In this document: positions 52,400 to 64,000 of the stretch, piece by piece
Layout: every line of letters starts with the position of its first letter
How positions within the stretch are numbered: position 1 is the first letter of the stretch
Origin: Sminthopsis crassicaudata
Lineage: Eukaryota
Reading direction: 5' to 3'
DNA: 64,000 bases
Assembly: GCF_048593235.1 (NCBI RefSeq)
Contig: NC_133617.1
Coordinates: 488,602,958 to 488,666,957, forward strand
Made by a program: the position numbers and the translations under genes
The notes under the pieces: model-generated
Seen by the model: the letters and a program-made list of their open reading frames with translations, nothing else
The model's database searches: none
Told to the model about the DNA's origin: nothing

Positions 52400-53500
52400 G
52401 CAAGAACAGTCTATATCCACTTAATGAACTCGACCACTTCCGGGGTTCCTTCCCAGGGTTCCCTAGTCAAAGGTGCCCGCCCACCTGTCTGCCTTTGCTG
52501 CGCACCGATTGGACAAAGTAGTCCCCTTTCCAGTCCGAGAAGGGCAAGATCCACCCCTCTCCTCTTTCCCTCCGGGTCTAGGGTCAGCTTCCTACTGGCT
52601 AGCTCTCTCAGGTCCCAGACCACAAGATTGACGAACTAGGGAAGGAGGAGGAGTGGAAGCGAGGGGGCGGTGTGTCTGATTGGTCGAAGGGCTCGGCCTG
52701 AAAAGGATGGGGGCGGAGTCTGAGGCCTCGGCCTCCGGTTGTTGGGAGACTGACTTGAAGCAGCGAGCCCAGAATCCTAGAGTGAGCGACCTCGCGGAGA
52801 CCCCGAACCTCCTAGGGCATCCCCCCAACCCCCTCCCCTTCTGCCGGGTGGGTGAGACCGAGCGAGACCCCACGCCCTTAACCCTCCCCGCCCCCCCCCG
52901 CCTTCCCAGTGCGCCTGCGTGCCAACGGTCCCACTTTTCCTCCCCGCTACCGCGGTTCCCCCCTTTTCCCCTTCCCTCTGCACCTTCCCGACCCCCCCCC
53001 ATCCCTCCTCCCCCTCCTCCCTCCCCCCCCAACCCTTCCCTCGGCTTCAGACTTCTCTTTAGGGTGTCTCCCTCAATCTCAATTCCTCAGTGTCTTCCTT
53101 CTTTCCCCCCTCCCCCTCCCCCTCCCCTTCCCCTTCCCCTTCCCTTAAGATCCTGGCTCCTCAGCCGCTCGCTCGGCGCTTCAGGGACTCCCGATGCGTG
53201 TCCCCCCCGTCTCAGCCCCGGAGCTCGGGCTGGTGGATCTCACTGCCCTCCTTCCCCTCCCTTGCCGCCCTCCCCTCCGCGTCCTCGCAGGCTCCACAGT
53301 CTTTCAAGATGACGCTGGACGTGGGGCCGGAGGATGAGCTCCCAGACTGGGCTGCAGCCAAGGAGTTCTATCAGAAGTACGACCCCAAGGATGTCATTGG
53401 CAGGTAGGGCCCCCCCTTCCCGCGAAGGGGTTGGGGGAGGCTTTTTTCCACCGGCGTCCGGCAGACCCAAGGGACTTTAGAGATCATCGGCCCGCACCAC
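52400..53500 (+). promoter_or_regulatory. PHKG2 CpG-island promoter and non-coding exon 1 (donor probably near 52852)
   Basis: ETS motif CACTTCCGG at 52435-52443; inverted CCAAT (ATTGG) at 52508 and 52679; GC box GGGGCGGAG at 52710-52718; exon 2 acceptor at 53290 (-18 from ATG). Confidence 0.75.
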
Positions 53501-56500
53501 GCAGACCCGAAGGAAGTGACTGGCCAAAGGCCTCCCTGTGCTGTCAGACCTGGGCTGGAGTAAAGTCCCAGACAACACTGGATTTGCTTCTTAAACTCAC
53601 CTGGCACTAAATGGAAGTGCTCTCGGAGCTTCATTTGAGAGGAAACACTGGGTCCCTGTGCACGGAAAGAGTTTGGAGACCTGAATTTCAGGCTTTGGCT
53701 TTGGCGCTTTGACTCGTTGTGTGTATGTGGCCTCGGCTAGTCCCACCATCTAAGCCCTGGCTTCCTCGTTTGAAAGTCAGGGAATTCTGCCTTGCTACCT
53801 ATTTCTAGTTGGGTCCAAGTACTGTGCTTTGGAAACTTGTTAAAGGCTGTTAAGTTAAACCTGGAGGAAAAAAGCTTCAGAGAGTCCTAGCATCTTTACA
53901 TTTAGACCACTTCTCTTTCTTTTACAGATAAAGTAACCAAGGTCTAGGGACATAATAGCTATTGTCATATGGAAGAGGGATTTTATGTAGGATTGTAGAT
54001 TTACAGCAAAAAAGGTCATCTAGTCCAGCTGCTTTATTTTTTTAGAGCAAAGACTTGAGGCCCAAAGAGGTGAAAGTGACCTACTGAGGTCACCAGAGGA
54101 AGTGATAGAGACAGGATTTGAACAGACTACTTATTCTGCTTGGTTCTAGAAAACACCTAAAAACCATGAATAGAAAAGTTGCACATAAAAGCATATTTAT
54201 GTTTAAAATAAAACATTTGTAATTATTAGAGCTATATAGACATGGAAGAGCCTGTTGCCTCCTGATTGAAGGAGATCTTTATGCACAAGCTTGGCAATTG
54301 CCCAGGCCATTCATTCAGCCAGGGAGAGTTGTCGTGATACTTAGTTGTGTAAGTGTAGTTTGGATAAGTGATCTCTGAGGTCTTTTAAAATTTAAAGTCT
54401 TATTTTGCTAGTATTTGTTTCAATCCTTTCACTTCCTAATGTATCCCTCTTCCCCATCCAAACAATTTCTTGTAACAAGGAATATAAATGGGAAAAGAAA
54501 GTTTAACAAAACCAACAAATCATCCAAGTCTCACGTTCTATATATTGCCCTCTGTGCAAATTAGCATGAAGGTATACTTTTCCCTCAATTTTAGGGGTCC
54601 AAGTCACAGCATTGTTTCAAGTTTTTGGTGTTTATATTTTTATTTACATAGTTTTCCCCCCCTGGTTCTGTTTACTTTGAATCTGTTTGTCTGAATCTTC
54701 TTATGCTTCTCTATATTCTTCATATTAATCATTTCTTACAAAGCATCAATTCATTATATGCATATACCACCACTTGTTATGTTTAGTCATTTCCTATCAG
54801 TTGGCATCTGTTTTGGTTTTGATTCTTTGCCACTACAAAAAATGCTGCTATAATAAATATTATGTGTGGGATCTGATCATTGAGACACTGTGATTATATT
54901 TGGGAAATTGTTTTACAAGAAGCTATTGAGGCAGCTAGGTGGAGCAGTGGATAAAGCACTGGCCCTGGTGTTAGGAGGACCTCTGTTCAGAGATAGCCTC
55001 CAGGGATTAACCAGCTGTGTGACTCTGGGTAAATTGCTGAATCCCAATTGCCTCTCCTCCCCCCAAAAAAAGATATGAAATACTTCTTGATGTTCTCAAC
55101 AATGACAGGTTGTTATTGTCTCCATGGGAAGTCAAAGAGAAACACAGGTATCATTGTTTAGTGGGAACAGTATTGGACATGTATTCAGGAGAGACTTTGA
55201 GTTTGAATTTTGACATTGCCATTTAATAGACATAATTTACCCTCAAATCATTTAATCTCTCTGATCCTTAGCTTTTTCACCTCTAAATGGAGATTTTTTT
55301 ACACTCTTTACCTCAAAGGGATGTTGTGAGACAAGTGTTTACAAACCTTAAATCATTATTATAAATGTAAAGAAACAGATTGCCTCTGTATAACCTTGGC
55401 TTTTAGGATATTAGTGGCAAAGCTGACACCTAATCCTCATATTCTTTTAATCAACAAATCTTTCTTGAATTATTTTTTATAGATAAGATCTGTTTAACCA
55501 GGCAACAGAAAAAAAGAGGGGGTAAGAGAGATAGTGTGTTGGCGAGAGGCCATAAAGTAATCTGAATCAAAAATAAAGTCCAGAGGAGGTTACAGGGGAT
55601 GGAGGCATGTATGAGTGATAGGCAGGGAGAAGAAAGGTTCATGGCCATACTCTTTGATCCAGCAATACCACTATTAGGTCTGTACCCCAAAGAAATCATC
55701 TAAAAAGGGAAAAGGATCTACATATACAAAAAATGAGGGTTTTTTTGTGGTGGCAAAGAATTGGAAATTAAGGGCATCCCCATCAGTTGGGGAATGGCTG
55801 ATTGAACAAGCTATGGCCTATGACTGTAATGGAATACAGTTGCATTGTAAGAAATGAGCATATGGATTTAGAAACTTGGATTTACATGAACCAATTCTGA
55901 GTAAAGTGAGCAGAACCAAGAGAACATTCTATACAATAATTGTGAGATGATCAACTATGATAAGACTTAGCTTCTCTTCAGCAATGCTGTGATAAAAGAC
56001 AATTCCAAAAGACTGTGATGGGAAATGCTACCCAAAGAAAGAACTATGGAATCTGAATGTGGATTGAAACATGTTATTTTCACTTTTTCCTTTTTGTTCA
56101 GATTCTTCTTTCACAACATTATTGTGTTACTGTTTTATATGATTGCATATATTATTACCTATATCACATTGCTTGCTGTCTTGGGAAAGGAAGGAGGGGA
56201 AAACTAAACTCAAAATCTTATGAAAGTGAATGTTGAAAATTATCTGGGGGGGAACAAGATTCAGCCCTCTCACCATCCCTTTTTGTTCCTCCCCCTTCCC
56301 TCAACCAGGGGCATAAGTTCTGTGGTCAGGCGATGTGTTCACCGTGCTACTGGCCAGGAGTTTGCAGTGAAGATCATGGAGGTTACCGCTGAAAGGTTGA
56401 GTCCTGATCAACTGGAGGAGGTGCGAGAAGCAACTCGAAGAGAAACCCAGATCCTGCGCCAGGTTGCTGGCCACCCCCACATCAGTGAGGCTATACCTCC

Positions 56501-59500
56501 TTTCTTTGATAACCCAACTACCCTGACCAGTCCCCATAATTGTCCCCCCAAAGATTCTCCTTGCCATCCCAACATTGCCTGTTCATCCCCTTCAGGTTTT
56601 GTGCCATCATGAATTCAGAAGCTGTTGGACCCATAGCTCTCCATTTTACCTTTTCCCTTCTGTATAATAGCCCCCATATCTCCACCTGATAATAAAAAAG
56701 CACCCTTAATGTATCTACTCCTTTCCATTTCTATGTCTTTTCTTCTCTTTTTCCTTCTTTCCTCAGTCACTCTCATCGATTCCTATGAGTCTTCTAGCTT
56801 CATGTTCCTGGTGTTTGACCTGTGAGTATCTCCCTGCCCACGTTTGAAAATTTTCCGTAGCCTTCTGTCTGGCCCACTTCCCTAACTTCACTATTCTGTA
56901 GGTGTGAAAATCTGCTCCCCACATCTTTAGTTCTTTTTCTTTGGCTATGGACCGTGTATTCCCAATTTTCCCTCCCTTTTCCTTTTGTGCTTCTTAGTAA
57001 GAATGACTAATCAACTCTAAGGTAATATACTTAACCAAGAAGGCACTGAGCTAAAACAAACCCTAGAATATTATTTTAAATACTTCAATGGGTATCCTCT
57101 GTGTGACTGCTTAAGTGATGGACATCCATTCTAGGATTTTGACAATCTATAAGTAGGAGGCCCTGTTTGACCAGCCTGAGTGATTGCCTCAATTTTTTAA
57201 ACTTAGGTTTGTCAATCTTAGAACCAATTGTAGGCCCTTAAGCTTTTTCCAAGAGAAGAGACTCTAAGGGGCTATTTCTTTTTTGGTTTTGTATACTTAG
57301 TATGGTGATGACCTTGCATATTAGTGGAAATTTAATTATTGTTTAATTGAACTAAATTTAAGGAAGACAATGGTTGGTTACCCTTAGCTTCTCCATCAAG
57401 ATGTATCATATTATCATTGACCTTTCATCTTTTAGGATGCGGAAAGGAGAGTTATTTGACTACCTCACAGAAAAGGTTGCTCTCACAGAGAAGGAGGCCA
57501 GGTAAAAAAGGAGACCTAGGGGATGAAAATCAAAGGGAAGAAAAGGGCAATGACCCTGATACCCAAGGAATGAGGGAATTAAAAGGGAGAAAGACTTTCT
57601 GGGTGGCCTGGCAAAAAGGAGGGGATGGGGAAAGAACTGCTAGATTTGAAAGTTACTGGCTCTGGGGTTGCAGAAAATTAGGCTCTTCCCTGTCTAGGGC
57701 TATCATGAGGTCTCTGCTGGAGGCTGTGAGTTTTCTTCATGCCAACAACATCGTGCACCGTGATTTGAAGCCTGAGAATATTCTCCTAGATGACAACTTG
57801 AAGATTCGACTTTCTGATTTTGGTTTTTCCTGCCATGTGGAACCTGGCGAGAAACTTCGAGGTAAAAGGAATCAATCATCCTGAGCAGCTGAATCTTGGT
57901 TGGGAAGGGGATTAAAGACCTGATAAAGCTAGTGACTTAAAAGGAGAAGTCAGTAAGGATGTGTAGAAAGAAGTCTATGTTCAGGGAACTCATGCCTAGG
58001 GAGGTAGAGAAAATAATCTTTGTGAGATAACTTTAGAAAGTTAAGTAACAGCTTGTCAAAAAAGTACTGAACAAAAGATGGAACCTCAGTTAACTGGAAT
58101 CCAGCAATAAGTAGGAAGCTTCAGTTAGACTGTGAGCCAATCAATTTCTAGGTGAAACAGACAGTTCACTTATAAATAGGCTAATCACAATTTATTCAAA
58201 GCACAGTCTTAAAGATTATATGATCTGGAGCCATCACAGATTCTAATTTCTTTTGTCTACAATATTTGAAAGATACTGACTTTTTAGCAAGTACCTCCCT
58301 GAGGCTCTACCAGGTCTCTCTTACTGAAAGAGTATTAATTCTTCTGAATTACAATGTTTCAAAAGGATTTTAAGTAACAAGATTTAAAACAAGGAGTTTT
58401 TATTAAGCTAAGAAAAGTGAGTTAATCATTATACTGCATTGCCCAAACATTCCAGTTTTAATATTAGGGATTTATACATGCTAGGATTCCTTAAGATACT
58501 GAGAATTTGGAATTGTGTTAGTAACTAGGGAAACATTGACAGAGGAAATAAGTTTAGAAAAAGGTGTGATTTAATGGCTTGGCAGAGAAAAGAGAGTAGA
58601 GTATTCCAAGAAAAAATGCTTTGAAGGTTAGAAATGAGCAAATCATGTGTGGAATTATAAACAGATTTGGGTGACTGAAGTAGTAGAAGTGTATTGGATG
58701 AATAAGGAAAGGTGGTTAGTGAAGGCCTTGATGTCTTAGTCAAAGAAATTGTGGATTTAATCAAATATGTGATTAAGCTGGTGTTTTCAGTAGGAGAATG
58801 ATAAAAGGAAAATGTTGACACTGCTCCCAGTAGAACAGCCTAGAGGTAGGGAAACTAGCTAGAAGTTGTTTTAATAATCAAAGCTCCAGGGGCCAGCATT
58901 AGGATGTTTGTAGTATCCATAACATATATTCCTTATCTCTCCAGATTTGTGTGGGACCCCAGGATATTTAGCCCCAGAGATTCTGAAGTGCTCCATGGAT
59001 GAAACCCACCCTGGCTATGGCAAGGAAGTTGATATGTGAGTCCCTAGTTACTTGTTTGTTGTTCTGTCTTTCATTTCATTCCCTGATCACAAACCTAGTG
59101 GTCTTCCTTCCTCAGCTGGGCCTGTGGAGTGATCCTGTTCACACTCCTGGCTGGCTCGCCCCCATTCTGGCACAGACGCCAGATTCTGATGCTACGATTG
59201 ATCATGGAGGGCCGATACCAGTTCAGGTCACCAGAATGGGATGACCGATCAGCAACTGTCAAAGATCTGGTGAGTAGATCAAAGGCTCAAAATGGGGTGA
59301 GTTGCAGTAATAGTCCAGAAATCAGGGGAAGAAGTTTCTCATGGACTCTGCCTTCTTTCAGATCTCAAGGCTGCTCCGGGTGAATCCTGAGGAAAGACTG
59401 ACTGCAGAGCAGGCCCTGCAGCATCCCTTCTTCCAGCGCTGTGAGGGTAGCCAGGCCTGGAGCCTTTCTCCCATCCAGCGATTTAGGGTAAGGAACAAAG

Positions 59501-59974
59501 AGAAAATATTACAAGACAAAGGATCTTAGGAAAACAAAATCCACTACCACCACATCTAACTTTTCCTTTAGACCTAGGTGATAGATGATATTGTCTCCCT
59601 GGGACCCAACTATTCTTCACATACGTATTAGTTTGTTTGCGTACATTCAGTACATCCATGATCTTGTTTCTGTTTGTTTCTCTTCTCAGGTAGCAGTATG
59701 GACAGTGTTGGCTGCAGGTCGAGTAGCTCTGAGCACTCGTCGGGTAAGGCCCTTGAGCAAGGGAGCTCTATTAGGAGACCCGTATGGGCTTCGACCAGTG
59801 AGGCAACTCATTGACAGTTGTGCTTTCCGCCTCTATGGACACTGGGTAAAGAAGGGTGAGCAACAGAATAGGGCTGCCCTCTTCCAACACCAGCCTCCTA
59901 GCCCATACCTGGGCTATAATCCAGACGAGGAGGGAGATCCAACCAACACTGATGATGAATCTATTGTTGCATAG
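53309..59974 (+). CDS. PHKG2: PHKG2, phosphorylase kinase catalytic subunit gamma 2 (liver/testis), 403 aa
   Basis: Exons 53309-53403, 56309-56484, 56767-56821, 57436-57501, 57698-57861, 58945-59035, 59116-59269, 59362-59487, 59690-59974. [59 protein letters not shown]; frame intact throughout. Confidence 0.97.
53870..54130 (+). mobile_element. MIR/CORE-SINE remnants, PHKG2 intron 2
   Basis: CTTTTACAGATAAAGTAACCAAGGTC and GACTTGAGGCCCAAAGAGGTGAAAGTGACC...GGATTTGAAC. Confidence 0.55.
54928..55075 (+). mobile_element. WSINE1-like SINE, PHKG2 intron 2
   Basis: GAGGCAGCTAGGTGGAGCAGTGGATAAAGCACTGGCCCTGG...AGCTGTGTGACTCTGGG...CCCAATTGCCTC. Confidence 0.85.
55640..56240 (+). mobile_element. Older L1 3' remnant, PHKG2 intron 2
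   Basis: CATACTCTTTGATCCAGCAATACCACTATTAGG...GTGGTGGCAAAGAATTGGAA...GTAAGAAATGAGC. Confidence 0.75.
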
Positions 59975-60265
59975 TTAAGACCTCCATCCTGGGGCCCCCA
60001 GAAGTCTGTTTTCTTAGCCCAAGAGCTTTGGGAAGTTCGTTTCCCAATCTGAGGGCTACAGTCAACTCGGTCACCGTGGACTCTGGCCGAATGCATTCTT
60101 CCCTTCTCTTTGTGCTCTCTGATGATGATGCTACTGTAAAGGGGGTCAGCTCTATGACCCCATCCCTGTTGCTCAGGACTACAGGACAGGACTTGAACAG
60201 AAGAAAAAGGGACCAGTTGAGAATGATATTCACATCTTTGCTGTTGCTGTCCATTTTTCATGTGA

Positions 60266-60271
60266 AATAAA
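60266..60271 (+). terminator. Probable PHKG2 polyadenylation signal AATAAA
   Basis: First AATAAA after the stop codon (~290 nt downstream). Confidence 0.6.
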
Positions 60272-60372
60272 TCATCCTGCACACTGGGGAACAAGCTGTC
60301 TCTCAAGGTGGAGTGAGAAGATGCTCAGAAGGGGACCTGGGGGAAGGGACAGGGTACTTCTGGCCCAGGCTT

Positions 60373-63693
<3,321 letters not shown>

Positions 63694-63699
63694 CGTGTC

Positions 63700-64000
63700 A
63701 CCTGCGGCTGCCGCTGCCCCAGCCTCTGCGGTCCCTCGGTCTTGTATGCCTTCAGGCCTAGGCTACGGCTCCGAGCATCGAGGCCCTGCCCTCTGTAGTA
63801 CACGTTAGCCAATCAGGACCAAGAAATAGTCTGGTTCTGCCAATCCGTGAGAAGCGTCGTTGCTGGGTTAGCGGTTGCTAAGGTAGCTTTGAGGGAGGGG
63901 TAAAGGCGTGACAGGAGTTAAGAACGGACCAATAAATGGAAAAATATTGCGCAAACGCAATATTTTCTGCCGCGTATAGATGTTCAGTTCTCTCAATATT
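63700..64000. promoter_or_regulatory. Promoter of CFAP119, probably bidirectional with RNF40 (beyond the window)
   Basis: CCAAT at ~63809, ~63840 and ~63929; X-box-like GTTGCTAAGGTAGC at 63874-63887; CpG-rich. The RNF40 link is inferred from human synteny only. Confidence 0.65.

Noticed and set aside
52592-53312. 210-aa ORF upstream of PHKG2 and overlapping ORFs
   Set aside because: They come from C-rich promoter/intron 1 low-complexity sequence; the 210-aa ORF is not in frame with the PHKG2 ATG and crosses the intron.

Overview
Marsupial genomic DNA, most likely a dasyurid, judged from WSINE1-type CORE-SINEs and marsupial L1 3' ends; the species cannot be fixed from sequence alone. The locus is syntenic with human 16p11.2. 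Bases 1-18.6 kb are repeat-rich intergenic DNA: nested L1s, an ORF1-only HAL1-like element bounded by a TSD, SINEs and microsatellites. Then come the complete 34-exon SRCAP gene (+, CpG island ~18.7-20.0 kb, CDS 21452-49015), TMEM265 (+), PHKG2 (+) and CFAP119/CCDC189 (-). The window ends in a CCAAT/X-box promoter, probably shared with RNF40 just outside it. SRCAP carries an intact SNORA30 H/ACA snoRNA in intron 8 and a second SNORA30-family copy in intron 10 with an unrelated 3' hairpin. The spliced SRCAP 5' leader is stop-free and in frame, with a GUG in near-perfect Kozak context (85-aa extension), plus an out-of-frame overlapping uORF. Three single-base homopolymer frameshifts in SRCAP and a 131-N gap point to assembly errors, not a pseudogene. 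Human comparisons (exon sizes, protein, snoRNA and rRNA sequences) are from recall and need confirming by alignment.
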